From: Octopus vulgaris
Taxonomy: Eukaryota
Reading direction: 5' to 3'
Length of the DNA: 64,000 nucleotides
Assembly (NCBI GenBank): GCA_951406725.2
Contig: OX597819.1
Location: 110,174,001-110,238,000, forward strand
Program-made: the position numbers and the translations under genes
In this document: piece after piece, positions 16,690-31,371 of the stretch
How positions within the stretch are numbered: the first letter of the stretch is position 1
How the letters are laid out: each line of letters begins with the position of its first letter
The notes under the pieces: model-generated
Database searches by the model: none
The model's input: only the letters and a program-made list of their open reading frames with translations
Told to the model about the DNA's origin: nothing

Positions 16690-17674
16690 TTTTAATAAGC
16701 CAAATATGAACCATTTTGTTGTACAATGCGTCTCTATCTTTCCTTTAACTTGAAAATACCCTCTGCCCAGAATTGAGGTGGTTTCATGGCAAAGAATTCA
16801 CAAGGTATCTTTTTACGTCATCCAAGGAATTGAAATTTTTAAGATTATTCTGCAGTGACCTGAATAAGTGGAAATCCGAAGGAGCACTATCTGGTGAATA
16901 TGGACTGTGGGGTAACTCATCCAAACCGAGCAGCAGTAATTTTGTCTGGTTCCCAAAGAAACATGCGGTCTTGTATTATCATGTTGGAAAACAACACCCT
17001 TCCTGTTAGCCAATTCTGGACGTTTCTCTTGAATTGCTGCTTTTAACTCGTCCAGTTGTGTGCAGCATTTCTCAGAATTAATTGTCTGCTTACTTGGGAG
17101 AAGCTCATAGTACAGAATTCCTTTCCAATCCCACCAGACACAAAGCAAGACATTTTTAGGGCTCTTCTCACTCAACTCATGTGGTACCCAAACATCGTAG
17201 CGATTTGTGTACCCAAGCTTTACCAGGTGCTCATGAACGACGGATTTTGATAGGTTGAGGCTTTCTGCCAATTCTCGGGTTGCGCAATGTGGATTATTCT
17301 CAATTAATGACTTGATTTGGTCATCATCTGTAGTAGATGCTCTGCCTGACAGCTCTTTATCAATAAGGCTACAATCTCAACTCGGAGCCTTGCAAACCAC
17401 TTCCGTACAGTTCTTTCGGATAAAGAAACATCACCATAAACTGCGCATATTTCTTTGGTTGCTTGCGAGGCATTTTCCCCTTTACGGTAAAAGAAAAGCA
17501 TCAAGTGCTGAAAACTTTTTTATCTTCCATTTTAAAGGGTTACAAAATTAACACAGGTGATAGGAACATAAATCTTCTTACATGGAGGTGTAGTCAAATC
17601 CTATTTTATGGACTCAACCATGTTCGAAAGGTATGCTACTATAAATCGGCACGAACTTTCCGAACAACCCAATA
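16690..17674 (-). mobile_element. Degenerate mariner (Mos1-like) transposon
   Basis: WVPHEL, KNVLLCVWWDWKGILYYELL, FQHDNTRPH motifs; one TIR (gaactttccgaacaacccaata). Confidence 0.9.
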
Positions 17675-17739
17675 TATATATATATATAGCAGAGGTACCT
17701 GGCCTTGCTCGGGATTAAAATGGCATAGTTTTTTTATCG

Positions 17740-18150
17740 TTTTATTTGTTTCAGTCATTTGACTACGACCATGCTGGAGCATCGACTTCACTCGAGCAAA
17801 TCGACCACAGGACTTATTCTTTGTAAGCCTATTACTTAATGAAACCCTAGTACTTAATGAATCTTTTTTCCGAACTGCTAAGTTATAGGGGACTTAAATA
17901 CACTAGCATCAGTTATCAGCCGATGCTGGGGAACAAACACAGTCAAACACACACACACACACACACACAGTCACGCACACACACACATCCACACGACCAC
18001 ACGACAGGCTTCTTCCAGTTTCCGTCTACCAAATCCACTCACAAGGCTTTGGTCATCCCGAGGTTATAGTAGAAGACACTTACCCATGGTGCGACGCAGT
18101 GAGACTGAACCCGTAACCATGTGGTTGGTAAGCAAGCTACTTACCACACA
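17740..18150 (-). mobile_element. tRNA-derived SINE family 1 with internal (CA)n
   Basis: Same sequence family as 49330-49740. Other copies at about 18380-18590, 40890-41430, 50325-50710, 59420-59810 and 60270-60655. Confidence 0.8.
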
Positions 18151-18162
18151 TCCTCTCTTTCA

Positions 18163-18224
<62 letters not shown>

Positions 18225-18867
18225 TGTATATATATATATGCATATATATATGCATATATATGCATATATATTATATATATCATATATATGCATACATACA
18301 TATATATATACTATAATATATGCATATGTATATATGCATTTATAAATATATATATGGCACAGTTAAAATGGCATAGTTTTTTTATTGTTTTACTTGTTTC
18401 AGTCATGTGACTGCGGCCATGCTGGAGCACCGCCCTTGGTCGAAATAATCGACCATACGGTTTATTCTTTGTAAGATAGTACGTTTTCTATCAGCGACTT
18501 TTGTCGAACCGCTTGGTTATAGGAACGTAAACACAACAACATCGGTTGTCAGGCAATGGCAGGGGTACAAACACACACACACAAATATGCACATGTATAC
18601 GACAGTCTTCTTTCTACACACATATATATGTATATTTACATATATATACACATATATACATATATATATATACGCATATATATATATGCATATATATACA
18701 TATACATACGTATATATATATGTGTGTGTATATATATATATATATTGGCCTGCTCGCTTAGCCAGCGGGGTGGCGTCATTTGAAGGCTAAAAAACAATGC
18801 GGAGCGCATTGTGACCAGCGATGTGTAGCAACATCTGATAGTCTGGTCGGTCACGGTTATCACGGTG

Positions 18868-18902
<35 letters not shown>

Positions 18903-18910
18903 TACATATA

Positions 18911-20720
18911 CACTAGCAATGCATCCCAGCGTTGCCCGGATGTTCTGACCTACAGGCACGGATCACAAACTATGTATTGTTTCATCGTATAAAATGGGGT
19001 TAATACGATTTTGTCAAGAAATTACGTTTTCAGAATTTTAATTTTCCCCCCATCCTTACCGCAATTTCATAATTTGTAACTTTTTCGATTTTTTTTTTTT
19101 TTTTACTGTTATTTACGTAGAAAAATACAGAAATTATGAATCTGGGAAATACATATATTTTTTATAGTTTAATTTTTCTTAAAGAAACACTCAATGGCCC
19201 TTCCCCCACTTCGCTCACCCATCACCTACTCTTTTTCACTTTTGTCTGATGTTTCCCACATGCATAGAATTCTACCGAAATAGCAATCTTAAAAGATACC
19301 AGACCACCGCCAGAAAACCTGACCTGCTAGAAACAACAGGTAAACAACATTATTTTTGAAGAAACTTCCCTGGTTTACCAAAAGCTAAATGTGAAACATT
19401 GGAGGTGTGTAGCTTTTTGAAAGTGTTGAGGTGATGGGTAAAACTCTTAAAGATTCATACCCTCTGTTTTTTGCTCTATGGATTGCGAAGAAAAATATTT
19501 GAAAAAAGTAAAAAAATTAATTTGGTGTGGAGAGGGACAAAATCAAAATATTGAGAACGTATTTTGTGGGTGAAATATTAACGCTCTCTATCCCAAACAT
19601 AGGAATCCGAAGACATTTAGGTTAAAAAATAAAGTGAGGGAGAAGAAATGTCACATTGGACATGCTAAAAATTAGAGGTAAAGGGGAGGATTTCTGGGAA
19701 AACTTCCTTTTAAATTTATATCGAAGATCAGGTTATTAAATACGCCCATCACAAACACTAATTACACAAAAGAAAAAGATAATTTCAATTGCATTTGAGC
19801 TTTAAATTTGCGCGTGCACACTGCGAAAAATAACGTAATTGGCACATAAATTTTACCTAAAGTGTGTGCATTACATGTGTGTGTCAAAGGAAGCTATTTT
19901 ATAGCATTCTTTTGCTTGAAGAAACAAAGTTGTCAACTCGACATACATGGAATCATATAATTGTTCGTTAATTTCCGTAAAATTTAAAAAATTTATATAT
20001 GCTTTGAAGAGAGAAGAAATTGAAAGAGAGGATAAAGAGGAAAAGTGACATTTGCTTTGAAGTGAGAAGAGAAAGTAAAAGAGAGGAGAAAGGGGAAAAT
20101 GTATGTGTATATGAAATGGAGGTGTGTGTGAGAGAGGGAGAGAAAAAGAGAGAGAGTGAGTGAAGGTGTGTGTTGTGATGTATGAATTTTTTGCATGTGT
20201 GTGTAAGCGTCACTCGCTCTCTCTCTCTCTCTCTCACTCTCTCCATTTCTCTCCCTCACACACACACATCATTCATATACACATATATAAATAATATAAA
20301 TAGGCAGAGGTAAAGAATACCTACACCACCCGTTTCCGGTGCAACCCTAGCCCTAAACACCGGGTGTGCGTATTCTTTACCTTCAGCCTGAAATACATAT
20401 GCATACATTTTTGTGTGCGCGCGCGCGAGAAAGCGATTGTATTTCCTCATAACATAGGGAAATGGATGTCTTTTAATGCAAATTTTTTGGTTGTGGCTTA
20501 TTTTAATACAATATTTATGTGTACAATTTAATAAATGTTTATCTGGGTCGAATTCTACGCATGCGTGAATCATCGGACGAAAGTGAAACATTAGAAGCAA
20601 ATTGAAATATTTTCCGAAAATGACCTCACAAATTGTGCGACCCAACGTAGATGCTGAGGTTATTTTAGTTGCAGAAAAGAGTTATTGAGAGAAAGCCATA
20701 GTTTATTTGTAGATAGATAT
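18911..20720 (+). mobile_element. Probable non-autonomous Helitron/Helentron-like element
   Basis: Starts actagc...cccagcgttgcccgga. Related ends occur at 17688 and at 42470-42500 (minus: ctagcagtatcgcccggcgttgctcggg). No ORF; right boundary approximate. Confidence 0.45.
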
Positions 20721-21178
20721 AAAGCAACATTGTAATTTTGGTTCAAATTGAAAGCGTAAAACTATTTTTATTTTCTAATGAAACCTGATCGTTGTAAGTT
20801 TCAATATCAGTGAGTTTTACTGTTGGGTGTGGGGTAAAGTTACATTCATATACTAACACACACACACAGACATGCATTAACGCAAACCTCAAATCTATCT
20901 CTGTTCTTGCGTGTGTCTGCCTGTGCTTTAGATGTGTGTGTCAGTCGTTGCAAACATGTATGTGTACTAATAGGTACAAACACCGTCACACACATATACT
21001 TATCAGTCACTGGCCTAACGTACGTAAGGAACACGCGAACACACTCATATACAAAAATGTGACGTCATCGTCGTTGTGGTGGCGGTGAGGGTAAAAGATG
21101 TCGCTTACAAAGATGTCGATACATGCATACATACATAGATACATACATACATGCATGCATGCATACATACATACATAC

Positions 21179-21209
<31 letters not shown>

Positions 21210-21226
21210 ATACATACATACATACA

Positions 21227-21258
<32 letters not shown>

Positions 21259-21344
21259 CAAAAGTGTATAAATACATATTGAAATTAATTGAAATTGAAA
21301 CCATATAATATGTTTTTCTAACCAGTATTTAATCGCCTTTATTA

Positions 21345-23300
21345 AATACTGGTTAGAAAAACAGAGAAGTGACTCCCAGCAGATTCACAGTGCCATTTAT
21401 ATTAGACACAGTCAAACTTATTCTAGAAAACAACACATTCTTCTTCAATGGAAAGAATTACATCCAAATTAGAGGCACGGCGATGGAAACGAGGTTTGCT
21501 CCTGTTTACGCCAACTCTGTAATGGGATACTTAGAACAACAATTCTACCAAGAGGTGGAGGTAAACTAAGGCACTGGATTTAGAAAGTATATTGAAAAGG
21601 CATGGAAGAGATACCTTGACGACTGCTTCATAATCTGGACAGAATATCTAACTACTCTGGAAGAGTTCAATATCCTCCTGAACAACCTACACCCATCTCT
21701 CCAATTTACAAAGGAGATGAGTAGTACCAAATTACCATTCCTAGATATAATGGTAATTAAAAAGGACACCACCATCACCACAGATATATACTATAAACAC
21801 ACAGACACACATCAATACCTGAATTTTAAGTCGTGCCATCCACCACATACAAAACGCAACATTCCATACTGCCTAGCCAGAAGAATTTGTACCATTGCAG
21901 AAGATGCAATTATCAGGAACAAACGCCTAACAGAACTAAGAGAATTTTTGCTCAAACAAACCCATCTCTACTTATAGAAAATGGCATACAGCGGGCTATA
22001 AAAATACCCATACAACAACTTAGGACAACCTAAGGAAGAGGAAATCAAGAACAAGTCATACCATTCATAGTGACACACAACCCATGTCACCAGAATATCT
22101 TCAACATTGCCAAAGCAAACCTACCAATCATTGCTCAAAGTAATGAATTAAAAGATATAATCACGGATCGAGCTATGGTTCTTAGTAAAAGACAGCCTAA
22201 AAACTTGAAAAAATTACTAACAAAGGCAAAATTTGACCTTAGCAACAAAGACCAAATATTCACTGTATCTAAATGCAATGATAGCCGATGTGGCACATGC
22301 GAATTCATACATACCGGCCAATATATAAACACAAAAACCGGGAAAATATTCACAAACGCGAATATGAACTGCAAAAGCAGAAATTTAATTTACTGCATCA
22401 AATGCCCAAATTGTGAAGAAATATATGTAGGTCAGACGGGAAATGCACTATCAGAACGCTCACGTGTACACCGGCAACAGATTAGAGACCCAGAGGTCCG
22501 TCAGATACCTCTGAGTAACCACCTGGCAACATGTGGTCGGAAAATATATATGATATTTCCATTCTACAAATTACACAGCCCAAGTGAAATCAAGAGGAAA
22601 ATCAGAGAAAAGAATTTTATTGATAAATTCGAACCCAAGCTAAATAAGCAATAATAATAACACTTAGAGGTACTACTTCTACTGCTACGACCATGACCAC
22701 TAACAACAACAACAATACTAAAGGTGATCAAGGTGAAGATAGCAGGAAAATTATCTTATTTAGGGTTAAAAGTTCTATTGCCACCACCATCACCACTAGC
22801 AACAATAATTAAGGTGCTGACAATGATGATGATGATGACAATTGAAATATAAAAATATAAAAATCTCTGACAAAGGCTATTTACAACATATCTAAAAATA
22901 GCACAACAATTGCTGCCTCGCCCAGGGTTAAGATACAGGACTCTTGACATGTCCAACAAAGCGTGACGCCCAAACCAACCAGTCAACTTAAGTAATTGAG
23001 TGATGCTACACACTGATTAGTCAGAATGCAGTTTGCAAAATCTAGCAATCTGGAGTGCACACAGGTGTATTTAAGGCACAGATTTAACCAACTCGCTACG
23101 GTCAAAAATTGTGAAGCATGACTGTCACCACTACTACATGAACCTGAAGATTGCATAATTTAATACATGAAAGTACTAATTCAATCAGAATGAACATTTA
23201 ACATTCTACTATTTTATTTTATTCTATTATATTATACTATCTTATATTATATCATGATAAGATTGTAAATAAAACGTGAAAAATCAGACAAGGTTGGAAT
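21345..23300 (+). mobile_element. Penelope-like retroelement, 5'-truncated (RT C-half, GIY-YIG endonuclease, 3' terminal repeat)
   Basis: GTAMETRFAPVYAN, RYLDDCFIIW, LPFLDI, IYCIKCPNCEEIYVGQTG; few stops and frameshifts; hammerhead-like CTGAAGA...GAAAGTACTA at 23144. Confidence 0.93.
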
Positions 23301-23343
23301 TCCTTTTATTTATATATTCTTCTATACACAATCACACACACCC

Positions 23344-23386
<43 letters not shown>

Positions 23387-24274
23387 TATATATTTGCATG
23401 TGTGTGTGTGAGCGAGATGGCATCATACGGAAGCTACAATAATGCGAGGAGGTGCAATGTAACCAGCGGTGCAGAACGACATCCGTTATAGTAGTTGATA
23501 CTATGATTTCCCCGTTGGTATGTAGCTGATATTAAATAAAGGGATAAATACTTATGCTATGCAAATTAGTAGCTCCAGTTTTTTGAAGCTACAAAATTTG
23601 TTTGAGTATATAAACCGATTGGTTGTTTATTTCTTTTGGATTGGTCAAATGATGAAACCACATCTGACGAGAAGCCAATAAGGTCCGAAAATCTAATAAG
23701 GCCGTTCAGTTTGTTTGTTTGCCTTTTTTCAATTATATATCTCATTAAATTGCGTTATTTCGATCGAGATAGCATAACTATCAATCAATGTTTATAACTC
23801 CACGTGAATGCTTGTATATCCAAATTGAATAATAATCTTTAGTGTGTATATCCGAAAAGAGAATTAAAAAGATGTGTTTAAATATTTTTATTACATCAAG
23901 AACTATATAACCTTAAACGTGTTTTGCTGGCGGATACTTATACATTATGCGATAATCGTTACTTAAACACCAGATCTTTAGAGGAATATATATATAACAT
24001 ATCAACATAAGTTGGTTGGCAGTATAAAGACTTAAATTCTTATAAAAACATTCTTATCGCATTTAAGACGGGAAGGACTAATATTTTAATGTTATTTATG
24101 AAATAAAAGGAAAATTATAAATAACGTAGTGCTCATGTCTAAGAGGAAAAGATCAACTAAACTTCCATATATATATATATAAAGTACATATATATTTATA
24201 CGCATGTATATGTACAACTATATATATAGGTAACATGTTTATTGTGTATATTTGCATATATCGGTTTCAAATTA

Positions 24275-24665
24275 TGGCACAAGGCCAGCAACTTCTGTGG
24301 AAGGGGTAATTCCATTACATTGTCTCCCCCCTCCATTACTCAACTGGTACTTAATTTATCGACCCCGAAAGGATGAAAGGCAAAGTCGACCTCGGCGGAA
24401 TTTGAACTCAGAATGTAAAGACAGACGAAATACCTATTTCTTTACTACCCACAAGAAGCCAAACACAGAGGGGACAAACAAGGACAGACAAACGGATTAA
24501 GTCGATTATATCGACCCCAGTGCGTAACTGGTACTTAATTTATCGACTCCGAACGGATGAAATGCAAAGTCGACCTCGGCAGAATTTGAACTCAGAACGT
24601 AACGGCAGACGAAATACCGCTAAGCGTTTTGCCTGGCTTACTAACGATTTTGCTTCATCGCTGTC
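24275..24665 (-). mobile_element. tRNA-derived SINE family 2 (Meta-SINE-like core), two internal units
   Basis: Core gtcgactttgcctttcatcctttcggggtcgataaa shared with 35850-36240, 52220-52430, 56630-56760 and 58200-59250. Confidence 0.8.
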
Positions 24666-25171
24666 TGCCCAGTAGGTAATAATAATAAGAATCCCATCCA
24701 TAATAATAATAATATTATGAATCTCATCCATTTCAGGGCCAACGAAATTAGTAGGGTAAATTTGAGATTTTGTGTTATCTTTTGTTTGTGTTGTTCTTGT
24801 TCTACTTATTCATTTAGTATTCTATACTAACATTATAGCAACATTAGGTGTTAAAAAGAAAGAGAATTTAACAATGAATTTATAAAAAATACTGTATTAT
24901 TTAGAGTTTTGAGGCAAGTGCCTATCTAATATATTAAAGAAAACTTTAAGTATATTTTTGTCTAAACGTATTTTGCATAAGATGTGGTAAACCATGTTAC
25001 GTTCCTTATTCGGTTTATTATTATATACCTCCGTCTTAGCGAAGACGGAGGTATTGTTTACAGGTATATTTGTTTGTTTGCTTGTTTGTGCACGGAACTC
25101 TCGGCCATTGAATCATTCTTGCTTCTGCTGAATATTTGTACACACACATACATACATACCTACATACATAG

Positions 25172-25227
<56 letters not shown>

Positions 25228-25287
25228 TGCACGTGTATGTATTTATATATATATATATTATTAATACTATATATATAGATATAAAGA

Positions 25288-26060
25288 AAATAAGACAAGG
25301 TAGAAAATACTAAAATAATTTTATCATGAAGAACATTTTAGCACCAGTTTCGGTCTTTGCGACTTTTTCAACTTAGCGTAAAGCATGAAAAACAATCAAA
25401 TTGTGGGAAAATTAAATGAAATGCTTTTTTTTTAATATGTACATAGTTTTCAAATGCAAGCGACACTTTCCTTTTTTCTGTCTGTCTCTCGCTCTTTTTT
25501 ACTCTTGTGGGGGCTGGGTAGCAGGTAGTAGGTAATAGTATTCCTAAAATAATATTTTGTTATGACTACAACAGGTCACTTTTAGGTCACTTGACCATTT
25601 AAGAGGATTCCACCAACATCCTACTACTGTCATACCACTCCCGCATTTTTATTATTCTTTTTCTTCTTTTCTTACTACACCTTCTTCTTCTTCTTCTTCT
25701 TCTTCTTCTTCTTCTTCTTCTTCTTCTTCTTCTTCTTCTTCTTCTTCTTCACCGTCACCGCCTCCTTCCTCAGCTACTACTGCTGCTTAAACAATCAAGA
25801 CCAAGAACTCATATCAAATATTCTTTTAGGACTGCTACTACCTACTACCTGCTATCAAGCCCTCACAAGAGTAAAAAAGAGAGATTGACAGACAGAAAAA
25901 AGGAAAATGTCCCTTGCATTTGAAAACTATGGATATATTTTAAAAGAACATTTCATTCAAATTTTCCACAATTTAATTGTTTTTCATGCTAATTTGAAAA
26001 AGTCGCAAAGGTCGAAACCGGTGCTAAAATGTTAGCATTTTCTACCTTGTCTTATTTTCC
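25288..26060. repeat. Inverted repeat with ~270-bp arms around a spacer containing (TTC)n
   Basis: 25288-25560 is the imperfect reverse complement of about 25810-26060. Confidence 0.85.
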
Positions 26061-26111
26061 GTATGCATATCAAGGTTCCTTTTCAACCTTCTTCATATAC
26101 ATACATATATA

Positions 26112-26283
26112 CTTTATTAAAAAGCAGCAAAAATATCACAATAACTGTTACTCAGAGTTTCACGTGCCCGTCCGTCGGACAGTTTTGTTTAAAATGACCA
26201 TTTTAAATAAAACTATCCGACGAACGGGAACGTGAAACTCTGAGTAACAGTTTTTGTGATATTTTTGCTGCTTTTCAATAAAG
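26112..26283. repeat. Near-perfect ~170-bp palindrome
   Basis: aagcagcaaaaatatcac...aaaatg-ac-catttt...gtgatatttttgctgctt. Confidence 0.9.
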
Positions 26284-26649
26284 CATATTACTCTTTCTCT
26301 GGTATTCGAGTACTATTTTTTCCACCTTGTTTCGCATTTATGTGCTTAATCTGGTGCGGGGTACTTAGGTCTGCTCAGGACTTAGTGCTTGCTTTTTCCA
26401 TGGGTATGAGTAAGTATTTCATTTATGTCTTACGTATTTATCGCTGACGAGGAGAAAATTCTTATGAATTAACTCTGAAATTGGGACCAATACGGTAATA
26501 ACGGATTTTTTAGAAATTTCTATCGGCTTGTTTCGAGACGCATTAATTATAATGGTTATTGACAATTTTGTCTTTTTTTTCGGCATATTTGGCATTAGAA
26601 TTTTTCTTTTGCCCTTATTTTAAAAGTTATATATATATATATATATAAG

Positions 26650-26687
<38 letters not shown>

Positions 26688-26689
26688 TA

Positions 26690-27531
26690 CTCTCAACCAT
26701 CCTGGATCCGATCCTTCCCTTGCTCCAGAGCCCTGTTCGTTCATCCCCGGCATCACCACTCACTGGAACAAATGAGCTCACCCTCCACATCCGAGTCCCC
26801 TTCTGCACCACGACTAATCTAGAATATTGCATTCAATGTATCTTTTGTAACTGTCTGTATGCCGACCGATCTACCGAACACCTATGAGACACCAGCCTGT
26901 AGAAAAGGATCGCTGCTGCCGGTCATTTTTGCTCCACCTGATAGCTCACTATCTTCAACCTGGCCTTACATCAAGACTTCGCCTTGAACAGAGCTACATC
27001 TCTTTCCAAACCCTAACTCCGTTTGGAATAAACACGACGCCGTCACTTCTTTCAGTAACATCTTACACCTTTTTCAATTTAAAAAAAAAAAATTAATTCA
27101 TCTTCCACACATTTCTACATGACCACATAAATACCTTACCCCCATACATGAATACCTACCACACCACACACACACATACACACTCACATACACACACGTT
27201 TTTACATCCTGACATGTAAAAAAAATCCATTTACACACGCACGCAGAGATATACATACAGACAGACAGACACAATTATACACATACAAACACACGCACAC
27301 ATACATACACACATACACACACACACACACTTGTCACCTGACCTCTTACACCCACACTCTCACACCCTCATGCGTATACATAGAAATACATACGTACACA
27401 CAGCAACACCCACGCACACACTCGTCACCTCGCCTCTCACCACTAAAGCGAACGGCGGCTGCCAACCAGTTCGAAACCACTCCTTTACGCATACATCACT
27501 CACATAAGCACAAACACATACACAGATACTA

Positions 27532-27590
<59 letters not shown>

Positions 27591-27840
27591 TACACGCTTA
27601 CGCGCACGCTGGCCATTTCCACCGTCTATCTTAAAAACCACTTTCACTATCTCTCTCCACTTCCGGTCATTTCAACCATATAACCACACTCGTTCTTGGA
27701 CATTTTTTTCCCTCTCCGGACCTTTCCTTTCCCCTCTTTCTGACGAAGAGCCATGTTCGAAACGTTACACACCTACTCTTTTTTCCATCTTACACTGAGC
27801 GTCACAGGCTAATACATTCTATGTTTACGTCCTTTTGACT
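26690..27840 (+). mobile_element. Penelope-like 3' fragment with hammerhead motif
   Basis: FCTTTNLEYCIQCIFCNCLY (GIY-YIG lead-in); CTGACGAaGAGCcatGTTCGAAACGTTA at 27740-27767. Confidence 0.7.
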
Positions 27841-28052
27841 TTTGTATTATTTTTTATTATTAATTTTCAATTTGCCTATCATTGCATGTTCACGCGTATT
27901 TCCAACGAGGATTTGGGAGTATCTAACTCTTGGATTTTCGTAAACCGGATTACCCTCTTGGTTTATGCTACTCTTTGAATTCCCTCGGAGTACGTCGTCT
28001 TTGTACCTTTGATTGTATGTATACATATAACACTCTAAGATGTAAAGCAGTT

Positions 28053-28480
28053 ATTATAGTGGGGTAGGCCGAGCGCACAAAAATTTTTAAAAACTCGCTC
28101 GTGCCAGGGGACATCCTGAACTCCAGGACAGAGATTTTCGGATCATGCCCGCATTTTAGAAAATTCCTGCTGGCCTTTTGGAATCCGCATGGCAGCACAG
28201 CAGCCGGAAACCAATAGCCAAGGCCGAAGGGAGACAATCGTTTACCTTCGTGGTACTTTGGTAACCGCATTATGGCAGCGCGGCCGAAGATCGATGGACA
28301 ATGGCAAAGGGACATATAATCACCTAGTGTTTTAGGCTTTAAAATGAGGCTTTTCTCCCTCCATATTTTAAAGAGGTCTCAGGCCAGCAGTGTTTGGAGT
28401 CTGAATATACGCCGTAAGGCTAAAGTCCTTATGAGCGAGAAACCCAGAGTAACCTCATAAACCGGCCTACCTCACTATAA
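28053..28480. mobile_element. MITE-like element
   Basis: Terminal inverted repeats ttatagtggggtaggccg / cggcctacctcactataa; no coding capacity. Confidence 0.6.
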
Positions 28481-28846
28481 TATATATATGTGTGTGTGTG
28501 CGTGTGTGTGTGTGTGCATGCGTGAGTGTATGTGTGTGTGTGTGTGTGACAGATTTTTTACATCCATAATTTTATGCACACCTATTTACAGATTCTGTTA
28601 AATAAAAATAATGGATGCAAAATCTCCGTTCTCCTTATCATTATTTATGCTATTACTTACTCTACGTAATTATGCAGTCCTTAACAGGACACTCGGATTT
28701 ACCAGGCGAGAATAGTTACTCGAGCCTTGCAACTTATTGTTAACTGGAGTATCACAAAAGGACCTTTGTAGTTAGCCGGATTCTAAGACCGAATTAAGAG
28801 GAAACACGGTAACCGCCAGGTATATATATCCCTTTAAGCAAACGTT

Positions 28847-28892
<46 letters not shown>

Positions 28893-29559
28893 GCACACAC
28901 GTACACATATTTGGGCGCAGATAGTCAGGATTCGGATGGATAGTGTTGCACTGTAGTTTGGGTGTATGATTTCTGGTGTTATTGCATTTGCCTTGTGCGT
29001 GGAATTTGGGGGCCGCTATTTGTTGACACATGCGTGCTGTATGTGTGTATGTATGTATACATATGTATGTATGTATATGGATGTGGATGGGTGGATTGAT
29101 AAATTTATGTGTATATACATGAATGTGTGTGTTTTGTGTGTGTTTGTTTGTTTGTGTGTGTGTGTGTGTTTGTGTGGATGTTCAGTTGCTGGTTGTAAAT
29201 GGTACTTGACCCTTTACGATTATGTTTAGCATAGTGGTTCCGTATGAAAACAAAATGATCGGTAAAAGAAATTCTACAAAATATAAGTGCTTGGGTCGAA
29301 AAAAATCGATTAAGTAACCTTTGAAGGTGGTACCCAACATGGCTGCAGTCCATCGCTCAAAAACCAGTAAAATAGTAAACGAGTATTTGTGTATTGAATA
29401 GAGTGGTGAGCGATGGAGATAACGGATGAGTATAGAGGGAGATATAAGTGGTATGATCAATAGGTATCTGCGTTGTTGCCTTAGTAATAATGCTAAAGCA
29501 CGCAGATGGAAGCCGCTTGGCACAGATTGACCTTGAACTCTGCTGTGCATGTACACTAT

Positions 29560-30333
29560 GTTTTAACGTTCTATCTCACTTCCGCTGTTTACAGCAGTGT
29601 TTGGAAGGAAGGTGTGTAGTGTGTGATCGTCGCATTGCCCATGAAAGAGAAAGTTGAGCAGAGAATCTGCATCAAATTTTGCCAAAAGCTTGGCGATACC
29701 TGTTCAGAGACATATGCAAAGTTTTCAAAAAGTTTTCATCATTCTCAACACAATCAAGGAGATCTTGTTCAACTAAAACCTGAGTGTCTTTTTGGTCAGG
29801 TGAAAGCGGTTTTTGCAGAAACTTGACAGACACGTGTCTCATACCCAAATCTTCATTGATAATGGACTGAACTGAACCGCAACTAATCTGTACATCCTCT
29901 GATAACTCACGGATGGTGACTCAACGATTTTCCCTCACAGCTGCATACACATCTGCAATGTCTTTCTGAGATCTGCTGGTTGCGGGTCTCCCAGAACGTC
30001 GTCAATATCAACATTTTTACGGCCATCTTGGAAACGTCTGAACCACTTGTACATTTGTGTGTGACTCATACACTTCTCTCCATATACTTTCTGCAACTTT
30101 GCCGAGCAGTTATCGCTATGACAACTTTCTCTGTCATGGTCAATGCGACGATCACACGCTACACACCTTCCTTCAAATCACTGCTGTAAATAGCAGAAGT
30201 GGGCTAGAATGTTAAAACTTAATGCGCCTGATCAACAAAGTTCAAGGTCAGTTTTTGCCAAGCGGCGTTACTGTGCGTGATTTAGCTTTGTCACTATGGC
30301 AACAGTCCGGATACTTATTGATCAGACCTCGTA
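29560..30333. mobile_element. Rearranged mariner remnant with two 5' ends in opposite orientation
   Basis: MKEKVEQRICIKFCQKLGDTCSETY on the plus strand; the same 5' region reversed at 30100-30220; TIR ccggatacttattgatcagacctcgta. Confidence 0.75.
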
Positions 30334-30377
30334 TTGCATGTTTGTGCGAAAGACAGAGAGAAAAAGAGAATACTCAC

Positions 30378-30480
30378 GTTGCTAAATGTTGAATCAAGTG
30401 ATACAGAAGGTCTCGTTCTGGCTTCTGGATTGTGTTAAATAGTCTGATGGCCGAAGTACACTTTGTGGATTCCGGTTCAT
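30378..30480 (-). CDS. BCR/ABR-like penultimate exon, RhoGAP (YEPESTKCTSAIRLFNTIQKPERDLLYHLIQHLAT)
   Basis: Matches RhoGAP LLLSLPEANLLTFLFLLDHL; acceptor cggtgctccag|, donor |gtgagt; 103 nt, phase 1->2. Confidence 0.85.
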
Positions 30481-30686
30481 CTGGAGCACCGAAAAGATAA
30501 ATATATCAAGCAAGGTAGGTAATATTTGTTTAGATAAAAAGCTGGAGTGTTTATGTGGATATAAATTTCTCTTCGGCGCCATCTAGTTCTTTGCTCCATA
30601 CTACTGTGCGATGAACCGTCGAGCAAAAGAACCTACTCCGAGACTGAAATTTTGTCGGCAGAAACAGTGTGGAAGCTGCACGTGTT

Positions 30687-30781
<95 letters not shown>

Positions 30782-30789
30782 CATAAAGA

Positions 30790-31120
30790 ATCTCGTTCGG
30801 TCATGAATAGCCATGGGATTGTACCTAGGACGTTCCCCTCCGAGGCACAAGTCCGGTCAAGGTTATTTGTGGAAGACCGGCAGTTGCCCATGTATACCAG
30901 TCCCTGCTCACTACACCACCGATATTGCCCCAGGGAAAGGCAAAGGCCGATACAGCTTGGCACTTGTGACGTCGCAAATCATTTCTACAGCTGAATGAAC
31001 TGGAGCAATGTGAAATATAGTGCCTTGCTCAAGAACACAATACACAGCCCGGTCCGGGATTCGAACTCACTACCTATTGATTGTGAGCCCGATACTCTAA
31101 CCACTGACCCATGCGCCTTC
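30790..31120 (-). mobile_element. tRNA-derived SINE (third family)
   Basis: Minus-strand A/B-box-like head (ggtcagtggttagag...gttcgaatccc) followed by ttgagcaaggcac. Confidence 0.65.
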
Positions 31121-31235
31121 ATCATACACGTATACATACAAATGAATACATATATTCACAAATAAATATGTTTACATATCGATTTACATATATATGTATA
31201 AACAAATACATATATAACATATATGGATACATTAC

Positions 31236-31299
<64 letters not shown>

Positions 31300-31307
31300 G
31301 TGAATCT

Positions 31308-31359
<52 letters not shown>

Positions 31360-31371
31360 AAATATATATAT

